Assembly: GCA_902779505.1 (NCBI GenBank)
Contig: CACZBZ010000002.1
Span: forward strand, 40,601-104,600
Length of the DNA stretch: 64,000 nucleotides
Source: an uncultured Lachnospiraceae bacterium
Lineage (GTDB): Bacteria > Bacillota > Clostridia > Lachnospirales > Lachnospiraceae
Reading direction: 5' to 3'
Positions 15,776-25,678 of the stretch are shown here, piece by piece. The notes beneath the pieces are model-generated. The model was not told the DNA's origin. It did not search any database and saw only the letters and a program-made list of their open reading frames with translations. The first letter of the stretch is position 1. The number at the start of each line of letters is the position of its first letter. Both the position numbers and the translations under genes were made by a program.

Positions 15776-15796
15776 CTGCCCCCTCCTTTTTAATTG

Positions 15797-15823
15797 TTAG
15801 CACTCATATTAATCGAGTGCTAA
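15797..15823. promoter_or_regulatory. CIRCE operator (HrcA site)
   Basis: Perfect TTAGCACTC-N9-GAGTGCTAA between the promoter and the hrcA RBS. Confidence 0.98.
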
Positions 15824-15840
15824 CCTTCTTTTCAAAACTA

Positions 15841-15869
15841 AAGATACCACCGGCTATCATCAGTGTCAA
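15841..15869 (-). promoter_or_regulatory. sigma-A promoter of the hrcA operon
   Basis: Minus strand TTGACA-17bp-TATCTT with TGn extended -10. Confidence 0.8.
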
Positions 15870-15937
15870 CACTATAATTATAAAGAATTTATAAAAAATA
15901 TAATTAAAGCTCCCATAGGCCGACAGCTTGTTGCAAC

Positions 15938-15971
15938 AAAAAAAGACCCGGTCATATGACCGGGTCATTTT
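15938..15971 (-). terminator. Terminator of the 15980..16561 gene
   Basis: GACCCGGTCA-ta-TGACCGGGTC stem followed by a U tract on the minus strand. Confidence 0.85.
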
Positions 15972-15979
15972 AGTTCATA

Positions 15980-16561
15980 TTAGATATCGAAGCTACCTGT
16001 AATATCATCGTTGAATACGAAGTATACCTTGCTCTCGAAAGGCTTTACATAAAGCTCAACCTTCTTGAGTTCAGATGCCTTCTTGTCATAGTCGTATACC
16101 CATACGTCCTTAGCAATCTTCTCAAGAGCTTCCTTTGTGTAGCTCTTCTCATCATACTGAAGAGTGATTACTGTAGATACTGCAGTCTTCTTTGCAGGAG
16201 TTGCTGTCTTAGCTGCTGTCTTCTTTGCTGCAGGCTTCTTAGCTGCTGTAGCCTTCTTAGCTGTAGTTGCCTTCTTAGCTGCTGCCTTTGCTGTTGTAGC
16301 CTTAGCAGGAGTTGCCTTAGCTGCAGGCTTCTTAGCTGCGGGCTTCTTAGCTGCTGTAGTCTTCTTAGCTGTAGTTGCCTTCTTAGCTGCAGGCTTCTTT
16401 GCAGGTGCTGCTGCTTTAGCAGGAGTTGCTGCTGCTTTAGCAGGAGTTGCCTTAACTTCTGTCTTTACTTCTGTCTTAAGGTCTTCTGCCTTAACTGTTG
16501 CTGTTCCCTTAATGGGTGCAGCTACTTTCTTTACTGTGAAAGTATCCTTCTCATTTGCCAT
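15980..16561 (-). CDS. Lys/Ala-rich histone-H1-like repeat protein with DUF6465-like C-terminal domain
   Basis: Repeated KKPAA/KKATTA; C-terminal LYVKPFESKVYFVFN. Confidence 0.8.
   Translation of the reverse strand: MANEKDTFTVKKVAAPIKGTATVKAEDLKTEVKTEVKATPAKAAATPAKAAAPAKKPAAKKATTAKKTTAAKKPAAKKPAAKATPAKATTAKAAAKKATTAKKATAAKKPAAKKTAAKTATPAKKTAVSTVITLQYDEKSYTKEALEKIAKDVWVYDYDKKASELKKVELYVKPFESKVYFVFNDDITGSFDI
16187..16453 (-). repeat. Intragenic degenerate tandem repeats encoding PAAKK/TAAKK units
   Basis: Many copies of TTCTTAGCTG-like units on the + strand. Confidence 0.85.
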
Positions 16562-16628
16562 TTTAATTCTCCCTTCTAACTTAGACTTCTATGAAATCCA
16601 CCAAAAAACTTTGCTTATGTTAATCGTA

Positions 16629-16657
16629 AGTTTAACGCAATATATTAACTATGTCAA
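16629..16657 (-). promoter_or_regulatory. sigma-A promoter of the H1-like gene
   Basis: Minus strand TTGACA-17bp-TAAACT. Confidence 0.65.
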
Positions 16658-16735
16658 ATGTTAGCACTAACAAAGATGCGTTTTCTTGCCTTTATTTTTT
16701 GTTGAATGTGACAAGGCACATTTATGACATATATG

Positions 16736-17923
16736 TCATCTGTACTCTTCTTTTACAAATCGCCTGAGTGCCTCAAGTGATCTCTCGCACTTCTCAGTAT
16801 CGATACAGTAGGCCAGTCTGAAGTATCCCGGACATCCGAAAGAATCTGCAGGTACGCCTATGAAGTCATACTTCTTGCCCTTCTCGCAGAAGGCTACCGC
16901 ATCCTCTTCCAAAGCCTTGGGGAAGATATAGAATGTTCCTCCGGGTTTTACAACCGTAAAACCTAAAGCCTTAAGTTCGTCATAAAGAATATTCATGTTC
17001 CTCTCGTATACAGAAAGGTCTGCAGTCACATCAAGATTCTCTGACACTGCCCACTGGATTATTGTTGAAGGGCAATTGTGACCAATACCTCTTGATATCT
17101 GTCCGCACATAACGATCATTTTCTCCGCATCGGGACATTTGGGATTAACGGCTACATATCCTATTCTTTCTCCCGGAACAGACAGAGACTTCGAAAATGA
17201 ATAACATGTAATCGTGTTATCATACATCTTTGCAATGTAAGGACTGTCCACGCCTTCGAATACTATCTCTCTGTACGGTTCATCGGAAATAAGATATATT
17301 ATATGTCCGTATTCTTTTGATTTCTCTGTAAGAATCTCCGCAAGTTTCTTAACGGTCTGTGTTGAGTACACAATGCCCGAAGGGTTGTTGGGTGAATTAA
17401 CAAGCACAGCCATTGTCTTCGGATTAATCATTTCTTCAAACAGCTCAAAATTGATCTGGAAAGTCTCCGTATCCGGAGGAACCACTTTCAAGATTGCTCC
17501 TGTCTGATTGACATAGGGAGTGTACTCCGGAAAGAAGGGAGCAAAAGTAAGCACCTCATCTCCCGCAACAGTAACAAGACGGATTGCATGAGCGATAGCT
17601 CCTGCCGCACCACTGGTCATAAAGATATGATCCATTGTGTATTCCATTCCGAATCTTCTGTTGAGAGACTCCGCAACTGCCTTTCTTACCTCACCTATTC
17701 CAAGACTCTGACAATATCCGTGAAGATCAAAAGGACTCTTCTCTCCTATCAGTCTTATTATGCTGTCGTTGAATGACTTGGGTACGGGAACGGAAGGATT
17801 GCCCAATGTATAATCAAATACATTTTCATATCCGATCTCTTTTCCTCTTCCAACGGCATACTCCGAAAGATTTCTTATTATGTTCTTTTTGGAGAGCATA
17901 TCAACATACTGTTGTGCAAGCAT
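16736..17923 (-). CDS. PLP-dependent aminotransferase class I/II (aspartate aminotransferase-like)
   Basis: NSPNNPSG, SDEPY, SFSKSLSVPGERIG. Confidence 0.92.
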   Translation of the reverse strand: MLAQQYVDMLSKKNIIRNLSEYAVGRGKEIGYENVFDYTLGNPSVPVPKSFNDSIIRLIGEKSPFDLHGYCQSLGIGEVRKAVAESLNRRFGMEYTMDHIFMTSGAAGAIAHAIRLVTVAGDEVLTFAPFFPEYTPYVNQTGAILKVVPPDTETFQINFELFEEMINPKTMAVLVNSPNNPSGIVYSTQTVKKLAEILTEKSKEYGHIIYLISDEPYREIVFEGVDSPYIAKMYDNTITCYSFSKSLSVPGERIGYVAVNPKCPDAEKMIVMCGQISRGIGHNCPSTIIQWAVSENLDVTADLSVYERNMNILYDELKALGFTVVKPGGTFYIFPKALEEDAVAFCEKGKKYDFIGVPADSFGCPGYFRLAYCIDTEKCERSLEALRRFVKEEYR

Positions 17924-17936
17924 TTATTCCATCTCC

Positions 17937-18590
17937 TTAGAGCTTAATGTCTTCTGCTTTCAGTCCACCGGGCAGACAACCGTGAGTTCTGACATATACA
18001 TACATAAGTACGAAATCGGATAATTCATCAACCGACTTTGAACCTGTATCTATACACAGATCGTAATTACGTGCATCACTGAGTGCCTTAGCTGTAAAAT
18101 GTCTGTAATAATTCTCTCTGTACTTATCTATAGAAGCAATTCTCTTAACAATCTCTTTTTCTCCGAGACCGCAAACATCCATTGCTCTCTTTACGCAGTT
18201 GTCATGTGAAGCATAACAATAGAGTCTGATCACATCGTCTCTGCCTTCTAAGATTGTATCAGCACATCTTCCCATAATGATACAGTCTTCTTTATCCGCA
18301 ATATCCTTAATCATCTTGGCCTGCAATCTGAAAAGATTGGACTCTGATGAATATTTTTTGCTTGACGGGGGCAAAGGCTCGGGGTCTTTCATCCAGTCGG
18401 TGTCTGTTCCGAAATAACTCTTTTTCAGTCTTTCATCCGATTCTCCGAAAAGAGCTTCGTTGATTCCTGTTTCATCGGACAGCATTCTGACAAGATCATG
18501 ATTGTAAAACTTAATACCCAGTTTTTTTGCAAGGGCCTTACCCATTACACGTCCACCGCTTCCATAAGTTCTTGATATTGTTATGACCAT
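17937..18590 (-). CDS. Cytidylate kinase-like family protein
   Basis: ITISRTYGSGG, IMGRCAD, YDLCIDT. Confidence 0.85.
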   Translation of the reverse strand: MVITISRTYGSGGRVMGKALAKKLGIKFYNHDLVRMLSDETGINEALFGESDERLKKSYFGTDTDWMKDPEPLPPSSKKYSSESNLFRLQAKMIKDIADKEDCIIMGRCADTILEGRDDVIRLYCYASHDNCVKRAMDVCGLGEKEIVKRIASIDKYRENYYRHFTAKALSDARNYDLCIDTGSKSVDELSDFVLMYVYVRTHGCLPGGLKAEDIKL

Positions 18591-18605
18591 AACAGCAACC
18601 CCCTT

Positions 18606-19316
18606 CTATTCTCCAAGATATGCCTTCTTTACCGATTCATCATTGATCAGTTCCTCTGCAGAACCGGAAAGAATTATATTACCTGTCTCAAGTACATATG
18701 CCCTGTCCGCAATCGCGAGAGCCTTCTTAGCATTCTGCTCAACGAGAAGCACTGTGGTTCCGCTTGCGGATATGTCTCTGATGATACTGAATATCTCTTC
18801 TACCAGAATAGGTGACAGACCCATTGAAGGCTCATCCATAAGTATAAGTTTGGGATGACTCATAAGAGCTCTGCCCATGGCCAGCATCTGCTGCTCGCCT
18901 CCTGAAAGTGTTCCTGCCATCTGGTTCTTTCTCTCTTCCAGTCTGGGAAATCTCTTATACACAGTCTGAAGTGTATCTTCCAATTCCTTCTTGTCTTTTC
19001 TTGTGTAAGCACCCAGCTTCAGATTCTCAAGTACGGACAGCTGAGCAAATACTCTTCTTCCTTCGGGAACGTGTGCCATTCCAAGTTCTACTATCTTATG
19101 TGCAGGATATGCTGTAATATCCTGTCCTTCGTATGTTACGGTACCGCCTGCCTTACCAAGCAGTCCGCTTACTGCGTGAAGGATTGTTGTCTTACCTGCA
19201 CCGTTAGCACCGATAAGTGATATTACCTCTCCCTCATTTACTTCAAAGGACACTCCCTTGATGGCCTTGATAACACCGTAGGTCACCTCAAGATCCTTTA
19301 CTTCCAACATTGCCAT
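18606..19316 (-). CDS. livF: Branched-chain amino acid ABC transporter ATPase
   Basis: GANGAGKTT, VPEGRRVF, LSGGEQQM. Confidence 0.93.
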   Translation of the reverse strand: MAMLEVKDLEVTYGVIKAIKGVSFEVNEGEVISLIGANGAGKTTILHAVSGLLGKAGGTVTYEGQDITAYPAHKIVELGMAHVPEGRRVFAQLSVLENLKLGAYTRKDKKELEDTLQTVYKRFPRLEERKNQMAGTLSGGEQQMLAMGRALMSHPKLILMDEPSMGLSPILVEEIFSIIRDISASGTTVLLVEQNAKKALAIADRAYVLETGNIILSGSAEELINDESVKKAYLGE

Positions 19317-19352
19317 CTGTATTTCCTCCTATTACCAATCGACGAAAACGTA

Positions 19353-20114
19353 TTAATCGTCTCCCAGATATGCTTTGATTACCTCAGGGTTCTTGAGAAC
19401 CTCCGATGTATCTCCCTGGGCAAGTACCTGTCCGAAGTTAAGAACGGTAAGTTTTTCACAGATACCTGCAACAAGTTTCATATCATGCTCGATAAGAAGT
19501 ATTGTCATATCGAATTTGTCTCTGATAAGCTGTATTGTCTCCATGAGTTCTTTGGTCTCATTGGGGTTCATTCCGGCAGCCGGCTCATCCAGAAGAAGAA
19601 GTTTCGGATCTGTTGCCAAGGCTCTTGCTATCTCCAGCTTACGCTGTTTACCGTAAGGAAGATTGCTTGCCAGATAATCATATTCGCCATCGAGGTCGAA
19701 GACCTTTAAGATCTCCATAGCCTTTTCATTCATGGCTTTTTCCTGTCTGTAGTATGAAGGCAGTCTGAAGATACCCGCAAGAGTTGAGTAGGCATAATCA
19801 TTGTGAAGACCAACCTTTACATTATCTATAACCGACAGCTCCTTAAAGAGTCTTATGTTCTGGAAGGTTCTTGCTATTCCGTCCCTGTTGATCTGAATAG
19901 CTTTTTTACCGGTAATGTTCTCGCCGTCCAGGACAATCGTTCCGTCTGTAGGCTTGTACACACCCGTCAGCATATTGAATACGGTAGTCTTACCTGCACC
20001 GTTAGGTCCGATCAGACCATACAGGCTTCCTTTTTCAATATGAATATCAAAATTATCTACGGCCCTAAGACCTCCAAAGGAGATTCCGAGTCCTGTTACA
20101 TCAAGTAATGCCAT
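19353..20114 (-). CDS. livG: Branched-chain amino acid ABC transporter ATPase
   Basis: GPNGAGKTT, ARTFQNIRLF, LPYGKQR, DEPAAG. Confidence 0.93.
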   Translation of the reverse strand: MALLDVTGLGISFGGLRAVDNFDIHIEKGSLYGLIGPNGAGKTTVFNMLTGVYKPTDGTIVLDGENITGKKAIQINRDGIARTFQNIRLFKELSVIDNVKVGLHNDYAYSTLAGIFRLPSYYRQEKAMNEKAMEILKVFDLDGEYDYLASNLPYGKQRKLEIARALATDPKLLLLDEPAAGMNPNETKELMETIQLIRDKFDMTILLIEHDMKLVAGICEKLTVLNFGQVLAQGDTSEVLKNPEVIKAYLGDD

Positions 20115-20117
20115 GGC

Positions 20118-21188
20118 CTACACCTCCTCCTTATTGTCTCTTTTCTTACTGATCCAGTTCTTTACGGAATACTTAGATCTGAAATCAAGGATCTTGGGAC
20201 TCCAGTTAAAGAGCATAAGTGCTATAAGAACAACAGAATATATCAGCATTCTGTAATCGCTGAATCCTCTTAAGAGCTCCGGAAGAACGGTAAGAATCGT
20301 TGCCGCTATCACAGAACCTCTTATATTTCCGATTCCACCGAGAACCACGTATACCAGTATCATGATTGACATGTTGTATCCGAAATTCTTGGGCAGGGCA
20401 TTAAGAGTAGCCAGGTTGTGAGCATAGAGTGCTCCGGCTGCTCCCGCCATTGATGCTGAAATGGCAAATGCCATAAGTTTGAATTTTGAAATATTGATTC
20501 CCACCGATTCGGCTGCGATTCTGTTATCTCTGATAGCCATGACCGCACGTCCCGATCTTGAGTTAACAAAATTGATAACCACAAAGAGGACGATGATAAG
20601 CATTATTATACCAATGGTAAAAGTTGAATCATTGGGAGTTCCCGTGATACCCTGAGGTCCTTTCACGATCACCTCGCCATCGGGTAAGAGATTAAGGGAT
20701 GCCGCATCTTTGAATGATACATGCACGCCGTTGCTGTCTCTTCCTACATAAAGAACATTCACAACGTTTTTGATGATTTCACCGAAGGCAAGTGTAACTA
20801 TAGCCAGATAGTCTCCCTTAAGTCTTAAAACGGGAATACCGATTATCACACCGGCAAGAGCAGCGACAAGCGCTCCCAATAATATCGCTATTATAAACCT
20901 TACAATACTGTTCATTCCCGAATCACGTAAAAGCATGGAAAACAGCGCCGATGTAAATGCACCGACACACATAAAGCCTGCGTGACCAAGACTCAGTTCT
21001 CCCAGAATACCTACCGTAAGGTTGAGGGAAACTGCCATGATCGTATATACACATATGGGGACCAGAAGACCTCTGTACAAGCTTGACAGATTACCTGTTC
21101 CCTTAAGGATCATCATTAAGAGATAGAATACTATCACTATTCCGTATGTGATCAGATTACTTTTTAACTGCTTACTCATATTCTTCAT
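20118..21188 (-). CDS. livM: Branched-chain amino acid ABC transporter permease
   Basis: LSLGHAGF, LRLKGDYLAIVTLAFGEI; probable start MKNMSK at 21188. Confidence 0.92.
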   Translation of the reverse strand: MKNMSKQLKSNLITYGIVIVFYLLMMILKGTGNLSSLYRGLLVPICVYTIMAVSLNLTVGILGELSLGHAGFMCVGAFTSALFSMLLRDSGMNSIVRFIIAILLGALVAALAGVIIGIPVLRLKGDYLAIVTLAFGEIIKNVVNVLYVGRDSNGVHVSFKDAASLNLLPDGEVIVKGPQGITGTPNDSTFTIGIIMLIIVLFVVINFVNSRSGRAVMAIRDNRIAAESVGINISKFKLMAFAISASMAGAAGALYAHNLATLNALPKNFGYNMSIMILVYVVLGGIGNIRGSVIAATILTVLPELLRGFSDYRMLIYSVVLIALMLFNWSPKILDFRSKYSVKNWISKKRDNKEEV

Positions 21189-21201
21189 ATCCGGCCACCT
21201 C

Positions 21202-22083
21202 TCAGACTTTCTCGCTGATCTTCTTACCCAAAAGACCGGTAGGTTTAACAAGCAGTACGATTATCAATACAGAGAAAACAATCGCATCTGCCATCTGTGA
21301 TGAAATATATGCCTTACTGAGATTCTCGATAACACCCAGCAGGAGTCCGCCGATAAGAGCACCCGGAATAGAACCGATACCTCCGAATACCGCTGCGACG
21401 AAAGCCTTGATACCGGGCATGGATCCTGTGTAAGGAGTAAGTGTCGGATAAGCAGAACAAAGCAGGGCACCTGCTATTCCCGCAAGACCCGAACCGATTG
21501 CAAATGTAAGAGATATTGTCTTGTTGACATTGATTCCCATAAGCTCGGCAGCTTCCTTATCTTCGGATACCGCAAGCATGGCCTGTCCTGCTTTTGTCTT
21601 TTTAATAAAGAGAGACAGAACCACCATGATGATGATACATACAACAATCGTTACGATTGTCTCACCGGTTATGGTTATCTGACCGTTTGCGAGTGATATT
21701 GCTTTGATATTAACAACAGATGTGAAAAGCTTGGCATCACTTCCGAATATAAGGAGCGCAAGATTCTGTAAGAAATAACTTACACCGATTGCAGTAATAA
21801 GAACCGCAAGAGGTGTTGCCTTTCTTAAAGGCTTGTATGCTACCTTCTCAATTACGATACCAAGAACGGTACATACTATAATAGAAACAATGACTGCGAG
21901 TATCGGGTTTAAACCCAACGCATTCATAGACATGTATACAGCAAAACCTCCCACCATGATTACATCACCGTGAGCAAAATTAAGCATTTTTGCAATTCCG
22001 TATACCATTGTATATCCCAATGCTATGATGGCATATACACTACCCAGGCTCAAACCGCTTATCAAATAGTTTAAAAAGCTCAT
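21202..22083 (-). CDS. livH: Branched-chain amino acid ABC transporter permease
   Basis: LGYTMVYGI...NFAHGD, KPTGLLG; probable start MSFLNY at 22083. Confidence 0.93.
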   Translation of the reverse strand: MSFLNYLISGLSLGSVYAIIALGYTMVYGIAKMLNFAHGDVIMVGGFAVYMSMNALGLNPILAVIVSIIVCTVLGIVIEKVAYKPLRKATPLAVLITAIGVSYFLQNLALLIFGSDAKLFTSVVNIKAISLANGQITITGETIVTIVVCIIIMVVLSLFIKKTKAGQAMLAVSEDKEAAELMGINVNKTISLTFAIGSGLAGIAGALLCSAYPTLTPYTGSMPGIKAFVAAVFGGIGSIPGALIGGLLLGVIENLSKAYISSQMADAIVFSVLIIVLLVKPTGLLGKKISEKV

Positions 22084-22213
22084 TACCTTCTCCCTTCCTG
22101 CTATTCTTGTCATACAGGATCCGGCTGTGAAGTCTCATAGACAGATCCTATATGGCAAGTCAACACAAAAGAAAATGCCTTAATCTGCATTTTCCCAACT
22201 ATTACATTATAAG

Positions 22214-22242
22214 AAAAAGGGGTTGCCATGCGCAACCCCTTT
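22214..22242 (-). terminator. Terminator/stabilising hairpin after the substrate-binding protein gene
   Basis: AAAGGGGTTGC-catgc-GCAACCCCTTT with a U tract on the minus strand. Confidence 0.8.
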
Positions 22243-22261
22243 GTTGACAAAGTGATACGTA

Positions 22262-23416
22262 TTACATTGCTGTGTAAACACCGTTCTTGATTACAACAGC
22301 CTTAGGTCCTTTGTTAACCTCACCTGTTGCTTCCCATGTCATGCCTTCACCAGTGATACCATCAACTGTGATTTCTGTCATGGCCTTCTTCATAAGATCA
22401 CACATCTCTGAAGCACTCATGTCAGGAGTAACGCCTGCCTTCTCGATTGCTGCCTTGATGATGTATACACCGTCGTAAGCATCTGCTGCGAACTGGTTAG
22501 GTGTCTCGCCGAATTTCTCTTCGTACTTTGTAACGAAGTTAACTGTTGCATCATCCTTAGCGTCTGCTGCGAAAGGTGTAAGAAGCATTACGCCTTCAGC
22601 AAGTGAAACATCAAAGTTCTCTACAGCAAGGATACCGTCAAGACCGTCACATCCGAAGAATGTAGGTGCATATCCAAGTGTGTTGGCCTGTGAAAGGATA
22701 AGTGTTGCTTCTGCATAGTAGATAGGAAGGAACACAAGGTCTGCTTCTGCCTGCTTAGCCTTTGTAAGCTGAGTAGTAAAGTCTGTCTTGTTATCAGCTG
22801 TGAAAGCTTCTGCAGCTACGATCTCAAGACCAACTGCGTCTGCCTCTGCAGCGAACTTCTCATAAATACCTGAAGAATATACATCTGAACTGTCGTAGAT
22901 TACGGCAATCTTGCTTCCTACATTGTTCTGAGCAATATAGTCTGCTGAAGCTGCTCCCTGGTTAGGGTCTGTAAAACATACCTGGAATGCGTTGTCATTC
23001 TTTACGCAGTCTACAGATGAACCTGAAGGTGTAAGCTGATATACGCTGTCAGCGTATGTCTTCTCTGCTACTGCTACACAAGGTGCAGAAGTAACTGTTC
23101 CGAGAAGAAGCTGCATACCCCAGTCTGAAAGAGTGTTGTAAGCGTTTACTGCCTTCTCGGCATCATGCTCATCATCCTCGAACTGATACTCAATCTGAAC
23201 ACCATTTATACCGCCTGCTTCGTTGATCTCGTCAACAGCGATCTGTGCTCCGTTCTTAACTGCATTTCCGTATACGGCAGCGCCACCTGTGATAGGTCCG
23301 ATACCACCAATCTTAAATACATCCGAGCCGGCCTGCTCTGTGCTTCCGCATCCGACCAGCATTGCAGCTGTCATAGCTACAGTTAATACAATGCTTAAAA
23401 TCTTTTTCATAATCAT
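22262..23416 (-). CDS. LivJ/LivK-like ABC substrate-binding lipoprotein
   Basis: Lipobox LVGC, periplasmic binding protein type 1 pattern, upstream of livHMGF. Confidence 0.92.
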   Translation of the reverse strand: MIMKKILSIVLTVAMTAAMLVGCGSTEQAGSDVFKIGGIGPITGGAAVYGNAVKNGAQIAVDEINEAGGINGVQIEYQFEDDEHDAEKAVNAYNTLSDWGMQLLLGTVTSAPCVAVAEKTYADSVYQLTPSGSSVDCVKNDNAFQVCFTDPNQGAASADYIAQNNVGSKIAVIYDSSDVYSSGIYEKFAAEADAVGLEIVAAEAFTADNKTDFTTQLTKAKQAEADLVFLPIYYAEATLILSQANTLGYAPTFFGCDGLDGILAVENFDVSLAEGVMLLTPFAADAKDDATVNFVTKYEEKFGETPNQFAADAYDGVYIIKAAIEKAGVTPDMSASEMCDLMKKAMTEITVDGITGEGMTWEATGEVNKGPKAVVIKNGVYTAM

Positions 23417-23490
23417 CCTCCTTGTTAGTCACAATAATAAAAGGTCCCCTTAAAAGCGGACCTCTTTGTCACATACTAAAGTCTATCTGT

Positions 23491-23519
23491 AAAATACTAG
23501 ATTTTATCCCCGGTGTCAA
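23491..23519 (-). promoter_or_regulatory. sigma-A promoter of the liv operon
   Basis: Minus strand TTGACA-17bp-TATTTT. Confidence 0.55.
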
Positions 23520-23568
23520 TATAACCGGATATGGTAATATTTTATGTTCGTTATAACTTTCGGTTATA

Positions 23569-24342
23569 TTAGAACCATTTCTTATAAACAAACAGTGCAG
23601 CGATGGGCACGACTATCTCACATAATACTACAAAATAACCGGATATTTCCTCCATCACACCACCAAAATTCTTCTTGGCTGTAAGCATACAATAGAGATA
23701 AGCAACCGCAGCAGCCAGAAGACATGCTATGCCTACGCTTCTGTGAATTGATACCATCCATACCGCACATACTACTATATATACGGAAAGGATAATAACC
23801 TGAAGCCATTTCCAAAGAGACTTTTCAGGTATAAAAGCATCAGCCTTACCTTCATCCGCATGCTTCATGGTAAGAAGCATTATTCCTGCAACGGATCTTG
23901 ATATCACATACTGGAATGATACCAGGAAGCATCCCTCTATGGGCATCTCACTCCATATTCCCAATGAAACAAGGAAAAAGCATGTACACACGATTATTGC
24001 AAAATATCCTCCGTGAGCATCCTCTCTGAGGATCTTTATTCTTTCCTCCTTTGATTTGTGAGAACACAGGGCATCAACGGTTCTGAAGAATCCGTTAAGA
24101 TGCGATCCCGCTGACAATAATATGGGAAGAACAGCTCCCACTACCGCGGGAAATACCGAATAATTGCAAAGATAAGGATAAGCCACTCCCCATCTGTTGA
24201 TACATACACCTATAATCAGTCCGACTAAGGGAATAAATACAAGTATTGCGCTGCAATTTTCCTTATTCTTCTCAAAGCCTGCCTTAGGGCTTATTGAATA
24301 TTCCGAAAAAGCCATTAAAAAGCTTCTCCATACTGTCTTCAT
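23569..24342 (-). CDS. CobS-like (adenosylcobinamide-GDP ribazoletransferase family) membrane protein, divergent
   Basis: FIPLVGLIIG, HLNGF..TVDAL, KKNFGG; overall CobS layout with altered acidic motifs. Confidence 0.7.
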   Translation of the reverse strand: MKTVWRSFLMAFSEYSISPKAGFEKNKENCSAILVFIPLVGLIIGVCINRWGVAYPYLCNYSVFPAVVGAVLPILLSAGSHLNGFFRTVDALCSHKSKEERIKILREDAHGGYFAIIVCTCFFLVSLGIWSEMPIEGCFLVSFQYVISRSVAGIMLLTMKHADEGKADAFIPEKSLWKWLQVIILSVYIVVCAVWMVSIHRSVGIACLLAAAVAYLYCMLTAKKNFGGVMEEISGYFVVLCEIVVPIAALFVYKKWF

Positions 24343-24358
24343 ATCTTTTTCCTCTTCA

Positions 24359-25591
24359 CTATTCTATAACGACATCTTCGCCGAATTCATCCCAGATGAT
24401 ACATATCCAGGTCTTTCCTTCGTTCACCGTAATGGGATTACCGTTTTTATCTTTGTATATTGTCGGCCTGTAACCTGTGTCAATTCCACGTGACCAGGTT
24501 CCTTCTATCATCTTACCGGCCGTGAACACCTGACACTTATATCCGTTGTCTCCGTGAATTCCAAAAGCAAGATAATCATGTTCATCTCTTACTTCTCCGT
24601 GACAATACTGGAATATTACATTGTCATATGCAAGCTGCTCGCCTGTCTCAAGATCTATCTGAGGTCCGCCGTATTCATATCTGTAGTACTTACCATCTTC
24701 CTTATTATACTCGAATCTGGCCTGAACAGAACTGAAACCGTTTCTCTTACCCGTGGTTTTTCCTCCGGGATAAAGAACAGTGGCATCTTTTTCATTGCTG
24801 TAACTTACTCTCGTTCCCTCTTCCTCCGGGAAAGTAAGCTTCTGCTGATAATCTTCGATAAGCTCCGTTCTGTATCCGAACTTTTCTATATCGCTTAAGA
24901 TCCCTTCTTTGCTTATATAGACATTATGAGGAGCTTTTCTGTCGCTGCTTCGGTAAAAAGCATTGGTCGCAGGATTATCTATTCCGGATACCGCTCCGCT
25001 TATATTGTCGACCGCAGTGGAATTAAGAAGCGCTCCAACATAGACGGTTGCCTGACCGAAGTGGGTATATATGGCATCGTACTCTGCCGCAAGATATACA
25101 TAGTAATCTCTGCTGCTTCGGATGGAACCTATTTTCTCGGGAATATCATCGTAATTCTCAAAGATTGCCATCAATCTTGTTATTCTTCCCTCGACAGGTG
25201 CTTCATATACTATTGCAGCTTCACTGATTCCCGACTGTGGACAGCCTGCTTCTATATTGTTAAGCATAACCGCCAAAGGTCTTGTCTGTCTGTCATCTAT
25301 TCTGATGGGCTGACCCGTGAGATAACTTCTTACTATCTCCGTACCGTCAGTATCATAGACCTTTCCGTCATCTGCTTCGACCACCTGTACTTCTGCTTCG
25401 GTCTCTTCCTCTACAGTCTCCTGCTCGGTTTCTTTCTCCGAGGGATCTTCCGCGTTAACTATATTCTTTTCTACTATCAGGGCATCTCCCAATTCAACAT
25501 CCGCCACCTTGGGTGCAACAACAGATGTATCACATCCCGAAAGCATCATTGCCGATGCGATTATGATAGCCGCAATAATTCTTTTGCGCAT
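24359..25591 (-). CDS. DUF3048 (YerB-like) lipoprotein
   Basis: Lipobox LSGC, RPLAVMLNN, PQSGI, EGRITRL, GSIRSSR, RKAPHNVY. Confidence 0.88.
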   Translation of the reverse strand: MRKRIIAAIIIASAMMLSGCDTSVVAPKVADVELGDALIVEKNIVNAEDPSEKETEQETVEEETEAEVQVVEADDGKVYDTDGTEIVRSYLTGQPIRIDDRQTRPLAVMLNNIEAGCPQSGISEAAIVYEAPVEGRITRLMAIFENYDDIPEKIGSIRSSRDYYVYLAAEYDAIYTHFGQATVYVGALLNSTAVDNISGAVSGIDNPATNAFYRSSDRKAPHNVYISKEGILSDIEKFGYRTELIEDYQQKLTFPEEEGTRVSYSNEKDATVLYPGGKTTGKRNGFSSVQARFEYNKEDGKYYRYEYGGPQIDLETGEQLAYDNVIFQYCHGEVRDEHDYLAFGIHGDNGYKCQVFTAGKMIEGTWSRGIDTGYRPTIYKDKNGNPITVNEGKTWICIIWDEFGEDVVIE

Positions 25592-25678
25592 TTACTTTCT
25601 CCATTAAGACCGGGGCAATTCCTTCCCCATAGGCGCTCAGATAATTTTACCCTTTATCCAATCAAAAATCTAGTATAT

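Noticed and set aside
16187-16453. Repeat cluster as a CRISPR array
   Set aside because: Units are degenerate, codon-phased and intragenic, with no unique spacers or cas genes
16164-16664. 166-aa hydrophobic Ala/Phe/Leu-rich ORF on the + strand
   Set aside because: Antisense shadow of the Lys/Ala repeat gene, which has the promoter, RBS and terminator
16661-16687. Possible second CIRCE (TTAGCACTA...)
   Set aside because: Only the left half-site is present; no GAGTGCTAA after 9 nt
23417-23490. T-box or riboswitch in the liv leader
   Set aside because: Leader is too short and lacks the T-box consensus; only one small hairpin is present
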